Virus genome (UHGV): UHGV-0182401
Reading direction: 5' to 3' (one strand)
Source of the DNA: a virus
DNA length: 40,878 nucleotides
Shown here: positions 18,624 to 28,934 of the stretch, one piece after another
Layout: each line of letters begins with the position of its first letter
Position numbering within the stretch: position 1 is the stretch's first letter
Made by a program: the position numbers and the translations under genes
The notes under the pieces: model-generated
What the model saw: the letters and a program-made list of their open reading frames with translations, nothing else
What the model was told of the DNA's origin: nothing
Database searches by the model: none

Positions 18624-18644
18624 ATGGCCCCCTTGCGGGGCCAT
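18624..18644 (+). other. Stable hairpin after the capsid gene (ATGGCCCC-TTGC-GGGGCCAT)
   Basis: 8-bp stem; no T-run, so more likely an mRNA-stabilising or attenuating structure than an intrinsic terminator. Confidence 0.4.
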
Positions 18645-18657
18645 TAAGGATGACCCA

Positions 18658-18879
18658 ATGGCAAAAAATAATGCAGTAATACACGTACATACCCCGTTTG
18701 TGCTCACGCTTCCCGACGGTTCGCGGCGCGAGTTTGTTAAAGGCCGTCATGCAGTGGAGGAAGACGTTGCCACGCACTGGTTCACTCGTGCGCACGCGGA
18801 AGTATCCGTTGGCAAAGCCACAGACGCGCGTAACGAGGTAAAAAATGCCAAAGAATCAAAGTCTGCCAACGGTAAGTGA
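18658..18879 (+). CDS. Hypothetical head-tail joining region protein
   Basis: ORF with upstream AGGA; position only. Confidence 0.4.
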   Translation: MAKNNAVIHVHTPFVLTLPDGSRREFVKGRHAVEEDVATHWFTRAHAEVSVGKATDARNEVKNAKESKSANGK

Positions 18880-19252
18880 TTTTCGCCGCGACTTCCCGCA
18901 GTTTGTTGACCCTGCCAAATATCCCGAAGCGCAAATCCAGTTTCGTCTGAATCTGGCCGATGAACTGCTGAGCGAAAACGTCACCGGCAAAAAGTTGTTT
19001 CCGTACTTTGCCGGGTTGTTCGTTGCGCACTACATGACGCTCTGGGCGGCAGACAGCAGAGCGATGCTGGCTGGTGGTCCGGGCGGTTCAACCAATGGTG
19101 TTCAATCCTCTAAGTCCGTTGACAAGGTAAGCGTCAGCTATGACACCAGCGCGACGCTGAATCCTGATGCAGGTTTCTGGAATAACACCCGATATGGCGT
19201 TGAATTTTATCAGTTGATCACGATGTTCGGTGCAGGTGGTCGCCAGCTATGA
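18845..19252 (+). CDS. Putative head-tail connector/adaptor protein
   Basis: Position and operon coupling. Confidence 0.45.
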   Translation: MPKNQSLPTVSDFRRDFPQFVDPAKYPEAQIQFRLNLADELLSENVTGKKLFPYFAGLFVAHYMTLWAADSRAMLAGGPGGSTNGVQSSKSVDKVSVSYDTSATLNPDAGFWNNTRYGVEFYQLITMFGAGGRQL

Positions 19253-19803
19253 GTTTCAAAAGCGGTGTAACAACGAGGGTGGATAACGCTAAGGCCATTC
19301 TGGATGCGCTCAGGTCGCTAACCAAAAAGGATGTGCTGGTCGGCATCCCTTCGGAAGACAGCGAGCGTGAAGATGTTCAGTTTGGTAATGCCGGGATCGG
19401 CTATGTCAACGAATACGGCTCACCAGCGCAAAACATCCCCCCACGCCCGCACCTGACCCCCGGCGTTAAATCGGTAGAGGAACAGACAGTGCCGCAGCTC
19501 AAAGCAGCGGCGCAGGCTGCGCTTGATGGAAATGCGGTGGGGGCGGAAAGAGCGCTCAACCGTGCCGGAACGCTGGCCGCTAATGGCGTCAGGCGTTACA
19601 TGACTATTACCGGCTTTACACCGCTTGCTGATAGCACCGTTGAAGCCCGCGCACGTCGAGGTCGCAAAGGGGCGAAAGCTGAGCTTGCCCGACGCGCTGC
19701 TGGTGAGTCTCCTGGAACCGATCTGGTGAAACCGCTAATCGACACCGGGCAATATCGCAGAGCTATTACCCATATTGTGAGGGATAAAGATGCCGACTCT
19801 TGA
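19249..19803 (+). CDS. Putative head completion protein
   Basis: ATGA overlap with the upstream gene; position. Confidence 0.45.
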   Translation: MSFKSGVTTRVDNAKAILDALRSLTKKDVLVGIPSEDSEREDVQFGNAGIGYVNEYGSPAQNIPPRPHLTPGVKSVEEQTVPQLKAAAQAALDGNAVGAERALNRAGTLAANGVRRYMTITGFTPLADSTVEARARRGRKGAKAELARRAAGESPGTDLVKPLIDTGQYRRAITHIVRDKDADS

Positions 19804-20176
19804 TGTAACAGACGTGCTTTTTGACCCCGATTTTTGCGACTTCAACCTGTGGGTAACGCGTCGCGCGCAAACGGTGGACGATGACGGGATCGGCAGCGAC
19901 AGCGAAGTTAAAACGCAGTTTGCCGGGGTTGTTACTGTTGACCGCTCCCTGGAAAACCGCCGCATGCAGGCCGGGCAGGTTATCAGCGGCGCGATTCTCA
20001 TCGTGACAACTGAGCGGCTGACACAGGGGCAGACTGGCCGTGATGCCGATATCGTGACGTATCAGGGCCGTGATTATCGTGTGACATTCGTCGACCCGTA
20101 TACCGCTTACGGTGCTGGCTTCGTCCAGGCGCATTGCGAACTGTTGCCGTTTGATGGGGGTACTCCCGTTGAGTAA
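19790..20176 (+). CDS. Putative tail completion protein
   Basis: Position between head and sheath genes. Confidence 0.45.
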   Translation: MPTLDVTDVLFDPDFCDFNLWVTRRAQTVDDDGIGSDSEVKTQFAGVVTVDRSLENRRMQAGQVISGAILIVTTERLTQGQTGRDADIVTYQGRDYRVTFVDPYTAYGAGFVQAHCELLPFDGGTPVE

Positions 20177-20717
20177 TAACACCAGCACAGAGCGCGGCTG
20201 GCTGACACCCACCAGCGGCGATCCGGCTTATGACGAAGCGCTCGACAGGCTGTTAAGCCAGTGGATGCGTAACGTTTCCGGTCTGTCTGCCGGGATGGTT
20301 CGTCCGCGCTGGCAGAAAAATCAGCCGCCACTGCCACCCGTTGAAACGAACTGGTGCGCGTTTGGCGTTACCGGGTTGCTCATTGATAACAACCCTGCAT
20401 TCACCGGGCAGACTGAAGAGGGCGCTCAGCTCTGGAGGCATGAAACGTTCGAGTGCATGGCGTCGTTCTATGGTCCGGCGGGGATGGTGTATGCGTCCCG
20501 GTTTCGTGACGGTATATCTGTACCGCAGAACAACGCAGCACTGAATGCGCTGGGGCTGTCTCTTGGCGATTACACAGGTCTGACTCCCTTCCCCGAACTT
20601 ATCAACCAGCAATGGGTTCGCCGTTACGACATGACGGTGCGACTGCGCCGGAAGGTTGTCCGCGAGTATGGCATCAAATCGCTGGTGGAAGTGCCAGTCA
20701 CCTTTTTTGGAGAATAA
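20154..20717 (+). CDS. Putative tail completion protein
   Basis: Start chosen at the internal ATG (MGVLPLS) to avoid a long overlap. Confidence 0.45.
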   Translation: MGVLPLSNNTSTERGWLTPTSGDPAYDEALDRLLSQWMRNVSGLSAGMVRPRWQKNQPPLPPVETNWCAFGVTGLLIDNNPAFTGQTEEGAQLWRHETFECMASFYGPAGMVYASRFRDGISVPQNNAALNALGLSLGDYTGLTPFPELINQQWVRRYDMTVRLRRKVVREYGIKSLVEVPVTFFGE

Positions 20718-20720
20718 ACT

Positions 20721-21881
20721 ATGACGCAGGGCTTACCTGTATCCAACGTTGTAAACGTTGATGTGATCATCTCGCCGAAAGCGGCTACTGGTCGTAACTT
20801 CGGCGCATTGCTAATCCTTGGCTCTTCCACTGTCATTCCGGTGACAGAACGTACTCGCCTATATGCTTCCATTGAGGACATTGGCGAAGACTTCGGTGTC
20901 GACAGCCCGGAATATAAAGCAGCGCAGGTTTTCTTCAGCCAGTCACCGAAGCCGACACAGGTTTATGTTGGTCGCTGGGCGAAGACGCTGAGTTCTTCCG
21001 AGAGTGGAGATACTGAAACTATCGTGCAAGCCGTTAATGCCTGCCTGCAATATACCAACTGGTATGGGCTGGTTGTCGCTGATGATGTTGTCGCTGGTGG
21101 CGATGTGCTTGATGCTGATGACGTGATTGAGGTTGCTAAACTCATCGAAGCGTCCAGCCTGAGCCGCATTTTCGGGGTAACATCTGCTGACGCCGAGATT
21201 ATCAGCACGACTTCGACGACTGATGTTGCGTCGAAATTAAAGGCTGGCAAGTATTCCCGTACCTTTGTTCAGTATTCCACCAGCAGCCCTTATGCGGCTG
21301 TTTCAGCTTTCGGTCGCGCGTTTACTGTCAATTTCAACGGCAGCAATACCACCATTACCCTGAAATTCAAACAGGAACCGAGCGTAACCTACGAAACGCT
21401 GACGGTAGGACAGGCGGCGGCTGTGGATGCGAAGAATGCGAACGTGTTCGTGTACTACGCCAACGACACGGCGATCCTGCAACAGGGCGTCATGGCGAAC
21501 GGTGACTTCTTCGACGAGCGCCACGGGCTCGACTGGTTGCAGAACTACGTTCAGACCAACCTCTATAACCTGCTTTACACCAGCACCACCAAAATTCCGC
21601 AGACTGATGCCGGTGTGACCCGTCTGCTTTCCAACGTTGAACAGTCCATGGATCAGTCCGTCACGAACGGTCTGGTAGCGGCTGGCGTGTGGAATGGTGG
21701 ACCTATCGGACAGCTGAATTCCGGCGATACGCTGACCAAAGGTTATTACGTGTATGCGCAACCTCTTTCAGAACAGGCGCAGGCCGACCGAGAAGCTCGC
21801 AAAGCACCGTTAATTCAGGTGGCCTGTAAGCTGGCTGGCGCAGTTCATTATGCCGATGTGCAGATCAACGTGGTTCGCTAA
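20721..21881 (+). CDS. Putative tail sheath protein
   Basis: 386 aa followed by tube, frameshifted chaperone pair and tape measure, the P2-like order; size close to P2 sheath. Confidence 0.55.
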   Translation: MTQGLPVSNVVNVDVIISPKAATGRNFGALLILGSSTVIPVTERTRLYASIEDIGEDFGVDSPEYKAAQVFFSQSPKPTQVYVGRWAKTLSSSESGDTETIVQAVNACLQYTNWYGLVVADDVVAGGDVLDADDVIEVAKLIEASSLSRIFGVTSADAEIISTTSTTDVASKLKAGKYSRTFVQYSTSSPYAAVSAFGRAFTVNFNGSNTTITLKFKQEPSVTYETLTVGQAAAVDAKNANVFVYYANDTAILQQGVMANGDFFDERHGLDWLQNYVQTNLYNLLYTSTTKIPQTDAGVTRLLSNVEQSMDQSVTNGLVAAGVWNGGPIGQLNSGDTLTKGYYVYAQPLSEQAQADREARKAPLIQVACKLAGAVHYADVQINVVR

Positions 21882-21891
21882 GGAGCGATAA

Positions 21892-22332
21892 ATGGCAACT
21901 TATTCTTTTCTCGATGTAACCGCGTCGCTCACCGGGCCGACCGGCGTTATCGATCTTGGTCAGGGTTCTGCCAACTCTGAGGAAGGTATCACCCAGACCA
22001 TGGGCGGCAACAAGAACACTATGACCATCGGTGCCGATGGCGAAGTGATGCACAGCCTGCACGCCGATAAGTCAGGCACCATTACGGTGACGCTGCTGAA
22101 AACCTCCCCGGTGAACAAGAAGCTGTCTCTGGCGTATAACGCGCAAAGCCAGTCCTCTGCCACCTGGGGCAATAACGTGATCGTCATTCGCAACACGGCA
22201 TCGGGTGATATTTCTACTGCGCGTTCGTGCGCATTCCAGAAACAGCCTGATTTCAATAACGCCAAAGAGGGCGGGACTGTTTCCTGGGTGTTCGACTGCG
22301 GCAAGATTGACCAGCTGCTCGGGGAGTTTTAA
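21892..22332 (+). CDS. Putative tail tube protein
   Basis: 146 aa following the sheath candidate. Confidence 0.55.
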   Translation: MATYSFLDVTASLTGPTGVIDLGQGSANSEEGITQTMGGNKNTMTIGADGEVMHSLHADKSGTITVTLLKTSPVNKKLSLAYNAQSQSSATWGNNVIVIRNTASGDISTARSCAFQKQPDFNNAKEGGTVSWVFDCGKIDQLLGEF

Positions 22333-22335
22333 CGC

Positions 22336-22761
22336 ATGGAATTCGAAATTAAAGGCGTGAAATATCGCACCGCAAAGCTCAGCGTTTTCGAACAGCTGAA
22401 GGTGTCCCGCAAGCTGTTGCCGGTGCTGGCCGGGATGGTTTCTGACTTTCGGAGCGTTCAGGAGAAGATCAGCAGCAAAGACACCGAAGGCGCGATGGCT
22501 ACCATCCTGCCAAAGATTGCCAATGCTGTGTCCGATCTGAGCGATGGCGACGTGGACGCTATCCTGTTCCCCTGCCTTTCCGTTGTTTCACGCGAGCACA
22601 TGAAAGGCTGGGTGCCGGTCTGCCAGCATGGCGAAATGGCGTTTGACGATATCGACCTGCTGACCATGCTGCAACTGGTGGCGCGGGTGGTCGCCGACTC
22701 GCTGGGAAATTTTTTGCAAGGACTCCCTACCAGCGAGACGCCCACCCCGCCAGCGGAATAA
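22336..22761 (+). CDS. Tail assembly chaperone (short form)
   Basis: Between tube and tape measure; slippery heptamer TTTTTTG near its 3-prime end. Confidence 0.6.
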   Translation: MEFEIKGVKYRTAKLSVFEQLKVSRKLLPVLAGMVSDFRSVQEKISSKDTEGAMATILPKIANAVSDLSDGDVDAILFPCLSVVSREHMKGWVPVCQHGEMAFDDIDLLTMLQLVARVVADSLGNFLQGLPTSETPTPPAE

Positions 22762-22949
22762 CCTTCAACAGCCTGCCGGGCGGTGAAGATTTTATTCTTC
22801 GTCCGGCGCTTGCCTTCCAGATTGACCAGAAAGACCTTAACAGCGGTGCGGTAGACCTCTGCCGCATCGCGCTTCTCAATGACTACCTCGACATGCGCGA
22901 GGATAACGACGCCCGGGTAGATAAATGGAGAGCGGCCAATGAGCGGTAA
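22710..22949 (+). other. Programmed -1 frameshift site and extended chaperone reading frame (analogous to P2 E/E+E-prime and lambda G/GT)
   Basis: T-TTT-TTG heptamer at 22710-22716 in frame; the -1 frame stays open for about 75 codons to a stop at 22947-22949. Confidence 0.55.
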
Positions 22950-24954
22950 CGCAGATACGATTAAAGATTTCCTTGTTTCGCTGGGATTCGATATCGATCA
23001 GGCTGGCGCTAATAAGTTTGAAGCCGTGCTGAAAGGCGTTACCGCGAACGTTCTGAAGGTCGGCGCGGTGGTGAAAGGCGCAGCGCTGAGCATTGTCGGA
23101 TTTACCACCCAGATCGCGAATGGTCTGGATAAAATTTACTGGGCATCCCAGCGGACGGGGGCCAGCGTCCAGGGCATCAAAGCGCTGGGCTATGCCGCAT
23201 CGCAAACTGGCGCCAGCGCTGAGTCGGCCATGTCCTCCCTCGAAGGGTTGGCTGGCTTCATGCGTAGCAATCCGGGGGCGGAAGGGTTCCTGAACCGTCT
23301 TGGTGTCCAGACCCGCGATGCCAGCGGAAAGATGCGTGATACTGCTGCCATCTTTACTGGCGTTGGGCAAAAGCTCAACAACATGCCGTATTACCGCGCG
23401 AAGCAATACGCGCAGATGCTCGGCATCGATGAAAACACGCTGATGGCGATGCGCAGAGGGATGGGGCAGCTCAGTTCTGAGTACGCGTTGACGGCAAAGC
23501 GTATTGGTTTTAATGCTGAGTCAGCGGCTAAACAGTCCAATATTTTCATGACCTCCATGCGTAATCTGACGATGACGCTTGGACAGGCGAAAGACAAGAT
23601 TGGCTCTAACCTAGCTGGTGGCCTTGCTGGCAGCATTGATAACTTCCGCAGGCAGATACTCGACAACTGGCCGAAGATTGAAGCGGTCATCACGAAGATC
23701 ATCAAAGGAATTCTCTGGGCAGGTGACGCGATTACCCGCGTGTTATGGCGAACTGGGCAAGCTGTTGAGGGTGTGATCGCCTGGTTCAAAAAGCTGAACC
23801 CAGCCACGCAGCAGCTTATCGCATTGTTCAGTGGGCTGTTGGTTGCATGGCGGCTGCTAAATACCGCTTTCATGTCATCACCCTTGGGCATGATAACGAC
23901 GCTTATTATTGCACTTGGTCTGCTCTTTGATGATTACCAGACGTGGAAAGAAGGTGGCAAAAGCCTGATTGACTGGGGGAAATGGAAGACTGAAATTGAT
24001 CAGGCCGTCAAAATGATTGGTGACCTGAAAAAGACTGTTACGGACCTGACAAAAGCGCTGGCTAAGTTGCTCGGTATTGACCCCAAGTCATGGTCCCTAA
24101 AGTGGGATTTTAGCAACTTCATTTCGCAAATGGGTGAGTTCGGCAAGATGCTGAACATGATCGCCGACCTGCTCAACGCCATTAAAGATGGCCGCTGGGC
24201 TGATGCCGCCAGCATCGGCAAACAGATGCTTAATCAGGGCAGCGAAAATCCGTCAGCGATGCCGATGGTAACAGACAGCGCCAACGGAACCGCCGACTGG
24301 ATTAAAGAGCACTGGGGATTCGATCCTCGCAGCGTGGGCCGAACGGTGCGCGGCTGGTTCGGTGATGATGAGCCTGAACAGCTCGGCCAGTCAGTTAAGC
24401 GGCCACAGCCAACCAAAGCAGGCTCTGAACTGCTGGGATGGATGCAGCCGATGTTTACCAACCTGGAACAGCTCTACCGGCTTCCGGAGGGGTTATTGCG
24501 CAGCGTGGCCATAACGGAATCGGGCGGTAATCAGTTCGCCGTTTCAGGCGCTGGCGCGAAAGGTCTGTTTCAGTTTATGGATGGCACGGCGCGCGACATG
24601 GGCCTGCGTGGCAATGATGTATTCGACCCGGAAAAGTCAGCTCAGGCAGCCGCTAAGTACCTCAGCCAGCTGTTGCGGCAGAACGGCGGAGACCTTAGCA
24701 AAGCACTGGCATCATATAACTGGGGGATCGGGAATGTTAAGCGTTATGGAATGGGGCTAATGCCGCAGGAAACGCGCAACTACATTCCGAAAGTAATGAG
24801 CAATATGCCCACCAGCGCCCCGGTGATTCAGCAGGAAACGAATATTAACATCCACGGTGTTTCCGATCCGCGTGAAGCTGCCCGTTTGACTGTTGACCGT
24901 CAAAAGGGCGTGAATTCACAGTTAACCCAGCAACTCCCCGCAGGACCGAGATAA
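22939..24954 (+). CDS. Tail tape measure protein with C-terminal lytic transglycosylase (SLT) domain
   Basis: 671 aa; ESGGNQFAVSGAGAKGLFQFMDGTARDMG matches the SLT catalytic motif. Confidence 0.75.
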   Translation: MSGNADTIKDFLVSLGFDIDQAGANKFEAVLKGVTANVLKVGAVVKGAALSIVGFTTQIANGLDKIYWASQRTGASVQGIKALGYAASQTGASAESAMSSLEGLAGFMRSNPGAEGFLNRLGVQTRDASGKMRDTAAIFTGVGQKLNNMPYYRAKQYAQMLGIDENTLMAMRRGMGQLSSEYALTAKRIGFNAESAAKQSNIFMTSMRNLTMTLGQAKDKIGSNLAGGLAGSIDNFRRQILDNWPKIEAVITKIIKGILWAGDAITRVLWRTGQAVEGVIAWFKKLNPATQQLIALFSGLLVAWRLLNTAFMSSPLGMITTLIIALGLLFDDYQTWKEGGKSLIDWGKWKTEIDQAVKMIGDLKKTVTDLTKALAKLLGIDPKSWSLKWDFSNFISQMGEFGKMLNMIADLLNAIKDGRWADAASIGKQMLNQGSENPSAMPMVTDSANGTADWIKEHWGFDPRSVGRTVRGWFGDDEPEQLGQSVKRPQPTKAGSELLGWMQPMFTNLEQLYRLPEGLLRSVAITESGGNQFAVSGAGAKGLFQFMDGTARDMGLRGNDVFDPEKSAQAAAKYLSQLLRQNGGDLSKALASYNWGIGNVKRYGMGLMPQETRNYIPKVMSNMPTSAPVIQQETNINIHGVSDPREAARLTVDRQKGVNSQLTQQLPAGPR

Positions 24955-25580
24955 TGGATATTTTATCAGCGATTTTTCGCCAGCAATCCCGGCGAATTGG
25001 CCTGCTGATCCCCAGCGTGGTCGTCTCCGAAAAGCATTCTGATGCGCTCGAAATTACTGAGCATCCGGTGGAGAAGCCAACAACGAATAGCGCGTCGGGT
25101 TTCATCGCCGATCATGCGTATAAGCGTCCCAGCGAAGTCACAATGGAATGCGGCTTTGCTGGTGGCGGTTCGTTGCTGGACTTCATCGATACATCTTCAA
25201 TCGGCCTCAGCGCCGGGCTTAGCCCAAAAGAAACATACCAAAAGCTGCTGGATATGCAGCTTGAGCGCGTGCCATTCGATGTGGTTACCGGGAAGAGGGT
25301 GTACACCAATATGCTGGTGCGTGCCATTGAGGTGACGACCGATAAAACCAGCGAGAACGTGCTGAACTGCACGCTTACCCTGCGTGAAGTCATCATAACG
25401 CATACAAAAAATGTCACCGTTGCTGATAAATCCGATATGCAGGACGGGGTTAGTACATCTGCGGTGCAGAATTCCGGGACTAAATCCACCACCCCAGTAA
25501 ATGAATCGGTAATTAAGTCAACAGGGTGGTTTGATGGACTAAAAGGAACCAGTCTTGGTAACTCTATAGGTATCCAATGA
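24954..25580 (+). CDS. Tail protein (P2 gpU-position)
   Basis: Position after tape measure. Confidence 0.45.
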   Translation: MDILSAIFRQQSRRIGLLIPSVVVSEKHSDALEITEHPVEKPTTNSASGFIADHAYKRPSEVTMECGFAGGGSLLDFIDTSSIGLSAGLSPKETYQKLLDMQLERVPFDVVTGKRVYTNMLVRAIEVTTDKTSENVLNCTLTLREVIITHTKNVTVADKSDMQDGVSTSAVQNSGTKSTTPVNESVIKSTGWFDGLKGTSLGNSIGIQ

Positions 25581-25882
25581 ATGTAACTGAAATCCCTTTA
25601 TCGCCGGATAACCAGCTATTTCGCATTCAGTTAGCAGAGACAACATACACGCTGAGAGTCATTTGGCGTGATTCTGCTGGCTGGATTCTGGATGTACAAG
25701 ATAGCAGTGGCGAACCGCTTCTTTCTGGCGTGCCGCTGGTAACCGGTGTAAATCTTCTTGAGCAATATCCTCAACTAGGTATTAACGGGGCGCTGCTCGT
25801 TGGCTGCGATGTAGGCGCACCGGACGAGCCCACCAAAACCAACCTCGGCACATACAGCCACCTCATTTTCGTGCAGGAGTAG
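25577..25882 (+). CDS. Tail protein (P2 gpX-position)
   Basis: ATGA overlap with the upstream gene; position. Confidence 0.45.
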   Translation: MNVTEIPLSPDNQLFRIQLAETTYTLRVIWRDSAGWILDVQDSSGEPLLSGVPLVTGVNLLEQYPQLGINGALLVGCDVGAPDEPTKTNLGTYSHLIFVQE

Positions 25883-25884
25883 AA

Positions 25885-26949
25885 ATGTCTCTTAACTGGA
25901 TGCGCCATTTTGAGTTGCAGCTGTTGGACCAGAACGGGCAGGGTATTTCCCTGTCTGATTTTAAGGTCACGTTCCAGATCGAGTGGGCAGATACACGCTG
26001 GCCGCGCGTGGCAAACGTGAAAATTTACAACCTTTCGACCGATACCACGAACAAGATACTGGGGCAGGAATTTGCCAAAATTCGCATCATTGCCGGGTAT
26101 GACGGTATTGCGCCGGATGTTGATGCGAGCCAGGTTGGTGTCGCCCGGGAGATTTCACCAGACCAGGTAGGGCAGGTGAACGGTCAGAACTACGGCCTGA
26201 TATTTGACGGTGATATTCGCTTCACCGTCACCGGGAAGGACAACATCACCGATTCCTGGGTGCTGATTCAGGCCATCAGTAACCACGAAGCGTTCCTCTA
26301 CGCGACTACCATCACCACGCTTGCCGCTGGTTATACCGTTGCGGACCTGCACCGGGCGACTATGCAGGATTTCAACGCGTTCGGCGTGACGCAGGGCATT
26401 ACCGGTGACTTTCCTGATACCGTGTTTCCTCGTGGCCGTGCGATTTATTCATCCACCCGTAACGTGATGGATAATATTGCTGCGCAGTGCAAAGCGACAT
26501 GGCAGCTGGTGGATGGTCAGGTCCAGATGGTGCCGGAGGATAAATATATTCACGAAGCCATTGTGTTGAATGCCGATACTGGCCTGATCGGTATGCCGCA
26601 ACAAACGATGGGCGGCGGAGTAAACGTGCGGTGCCTGATAAACCCAAACATCCGTATTAATGGTCTTATCCAGCTCGATCAGGCTTCGGTGTACCGCGCT
26701 GCGCTCGGCAATAGCGAAATCGCTCAGTCGCCCGGGCGTATCACCGAAACGGAAGAGAACGGCAACCGCGTGCTGACAGGTACGACGTCACAGGCTGCCA
26801 GCATTGCGACAGATGGCGTTTATATCGTCAAAGCTATCGACTATACTGGCGACACCAGAGGTCAGGCGTGGTACATGGATTTGATGTGTTTTGCGCGTGG
26901 GGCTCGCGAGCTTTACAGCCAGAATGCCATGCTGAAAACCAACTATTGA
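25885..26949 (+). CDS. Tail/baseplate hub protein (P2 gpD-position)
   Basis: 354 aa, position. Confidence 0.5.
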   Translation: MSLNWMRHFELQLLDQNGQGISLSDFKVTFQIEWADTRWPRVANVKIYNLSTDTTNKILGQEFAKIRIIAGYDGIAPDVDASQVGVAREISPDQVGQVNGQNYGLIFDGDIRFTVTGKDNITDSWVLIQAISNHEAFLYATTITTLAAGYTVADLHRATMQDFNAFGVTQGITGDFPDTVFPRGRAIYSSTRNVMDNIAAQCKATWQLVDGQVQMVPEDKYIHEAIVLNADTGLIGMPQQTMGGGVNVRCLINPNIRINGLIQLDQASVYRAALGNSEIAQSPGRITETEENGNRVLTGTTSQAASIATDGVYIVKAIDYTGDTRGQAWYMDLMCFARGARELYSQNAMLKTNY

Positions 26950-26959
26950 GGTGAATATT

Positions 26960-27304
26960 GTGAAGCGTGTAGCAGCCGTAATTTTTCTGCTGACTTCGTT
27001 TTTATCCTTGAGTGCATTTGCTGATTCACAATGTGGTAACTACAGGGTGCACTGGGCGGATGATGGGCTTGCAAGAATTAATGGCGCAAAACCAGAAACT
27101 CAAAAAATCACTTTTCTGAAAAAAGAAGGTGATTATAACAATGTAAAATTTGAGTGGGTTGTTGCTACCGATCAACCCGGTCGCTGGGTGGGAATGGAGT
27201 TCATTGGGCGCAACGGAAAAGCCATTCTCAATGTCCAGTGGCTGCAAGCCAGCATGAATGCGCCGCGTCAGTATGCAACATACGACTGCCGAAAAGTAAA
27301 ATAG
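26960..27304 (+). CDS. Small secreted protein with signal peptide (moron candidate)
   Basis: GTG start after GAGGTGA; signal peptide MKRVAAVIFLLTSFLSLSAFA; inserted between baseplate genes. Confidence 0.5.
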   Translation: MKRVAAVIFLLTSFLSLSAFADSQCGNYRVHWADDGLARINGAKPETQKITFLKKEGDYNNVKFEWVVATDQPGRWVGMEFIGRNGKAILNVQWLQASMNAPRQYATYDCRKVK

Positions 27305-27322
27305 CCCGCCAGATAGGCGGGC
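27304..27322 (-). terminator. Hairpin terminator between convergent genes
   Basis: GCCCGCC-AGATA-GGCGGGC perfect 7-bp stem; T-rich on the minus strand downstream of the 27328..27618 gene. Confidence 0.5.
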
Positions 27323-27327
27323 ATGCG

Positions 27328-27618
27328 TCAAAAATATTGAGCTTTAATTATAATAAACACAATAATTACGAACAGGATGTTTCTAATTATTTTTTGCTTA
27401 TGAGTAAGTTGTTTTTTTTCTGTCGATTTCCCGGGAGAGTAAAGGTTAGTGGTATGCGACAGCCCCGTGCCGGGAAGGCCATTTGTCATCTTTACGCCTT
27501 TTTTCCCGATGTTAATGGTGGAACCTTTACCACCAATTGAAGTGCTTACTCCGCTTTTGCTAATGTTGATCGCGAGTCCGGGCGCAATCCGGATTCTTTT
27601 GCGAAATCTAAAGCCCAT
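27328..27618 (-). CDS. DUF4236-like protein with C-terminal transmembrane segment
   Basis: N-terminal MGFRFRKRIRIAPGLAINISKSGVS...GLPGTGLS pattern matches remembered DUF4236; lies in an AT-rich tract. Confidence 0.55.
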   Translation of the reverse strand: MGFRFRKRIRIAPGLAINISKSGVSTSIGGKGSTINIGKKGVKMTNGLPGTGLSHTTNLYSPGKSTEKKQLTHKQKIIRNILFVIIVFIIIKAQYF

Positions 27619-27805
27619 TTGTTACTCCTGTAGTCAAGAATGCGATGGTGCAGGTCCACTCTATGGCGGCTTCATGGCTGAAATTGATTTTTAATGCTTA
27701 CTTGTTGCAAATATATCCTAATACACCTTGTGAATATGTGCCATTGCAGCGGAAAAGCCTTACTTCACACTGATGTAGCTTAGTTACTAAGAGATAATTG
27801 ATACC

Positions 27806-27829
27806 AAACCAGCTTCGGCTGGTTTTTTT
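27806..27829 (+). terminator. Intrinsic terminator just upstream of the baseplate spike gene
   Basis: AAACCAGC-TTCG-GCTGGTTT followed by TTTTT. Confidence 0.5.
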
Positions 27830-27840
27830 ATGGGGTTTTT

Positions 27841-28581
27841 ATGCCAATTCCTACTCAATCACAGATCGGCGGCGAGCAGCAGACCGCGCAGGCCATTGCC
27901 GATTCGGTGTCTACTCAGATGCGCGTAGCGATGCCTGGCATCATTCAGTCGTTCGATCCTGACGCTGTAACCTGCACAGTAGAGGTGGCGCTTCGCGGTA
28001 TTGTTGGCGACGACTCCACCGAATTAAAACCGCTGGTGGATGTGCCTGTCATCTTCCCGCGCGGAGGCGGTTGCACGCTGACCTTTCCGGTAAAAGAAGG
28101 CGATGAGTGCCTGCTGATCTTTGCCGACCGTTGCATCGATTTCTGGTGGCAGAGCGGCGGCGTTCAGGAGACCGTCGACCCGCGCCAGCATGACTTATCT
28201 GATGCGTTCGCCATCGTTGGCCCGCAGTCGCAAGCGCAAAAAATCAGCGGTATCAGTACCAGCGCCGCGCAGCTGCGAACCGATGATGGTGTGGCGTTCG
28301 TAGAGGTTTCCGCAGGACATAACATCACCGTTCAAACACCGGGCCAGCTCACGGCTACGGCTGAAGGTGGAACGACAATCACATCCCCGACTATCACGCT
28401 GAACGGCAACGTAACGATTAATGGCAATCTGTCTCAGGGAATGGGAGAAAGTGGTGGTACTGCGACGATGCTTGGGCCGGTTACGGTAACGAATGATGTG
28501 ACAGCTTCAGGTATAAGTGTCGCCACGCATAAACATGGCGGAGTTCAGACAGGCGGGGGAACTACTGGAGGGCCGCAATAA
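27841..28581 (+). CDS. Baseplate spike protein (P2 gpV-like)
   Basis: 246 aa with glycine-rich C-terminus; followed by W/J/I-like genes in P2 order. Confidence 0.65.
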   Translation: MPIPTQSQIGGEQQTAQAIADSVSTQMRVAMPGIIQSFDPDAVTCTVEVALRGIVGDDSTELKPLVDVPVIFPRGGGCTLTFPVKEGDECLLIFADRCIDFWWQSGGVQETVDPRQHDLSDAFAIVGPQSQAQKISGISTSAAQLRTDDGVAFVEVSAGHNITVQTPGQLTATAEGGTTITSPTITLNGNVTINGNLSQGMGESGGTATMLGPVTVTNDVTASGISVATHKHGGVQTGGGTTGGPQ

Positions 28582-28934
28582 TGCGATACCGACGAGAAGA
28601 TGCTGACGGCGATTACACTTTCGGGCAAGGTGACGACACCTTCCTTATCGACAGTCCGGAATGTGTCGCCCAGGCCGTAAAAACCCGTTTCGAGCTCTGG
28701 CGCGGTCAGTGGTTTCTCGATCTGACGGAAGGCACGCCGTATGTTCAGTCAGTGCTTGGGAAACAGCGATCAGACGTCTACATCCTGGCTATACGCGAAC
28801 GCATACAGGACACGCCGGGCGTTCTGTCGATTCTTTCCTTCGATACCAATTATGACGGCACCAGCCGCCGCGTCACTTTCACTTCCTCCATTGACACAAT
28901 CTACGGCCAGACGACTGTAACAAGCGAGGCATAA
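28581..28934 (+). CDS. Baseplate protein (P2 gpW-like)
   Basis: 117 aa, position and size. Confidence 0.65.
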   Translation: MRYRREDADGDYTFGQGDDTFLIDSPECVAQAVKTRFELWRGQWFLDLTEGTPYVQSVLGKQRSDVYILAIRERIQDTPGVLSILSFDTNYDGTSRRVTFTSSIDTIYGQTTVTSEA

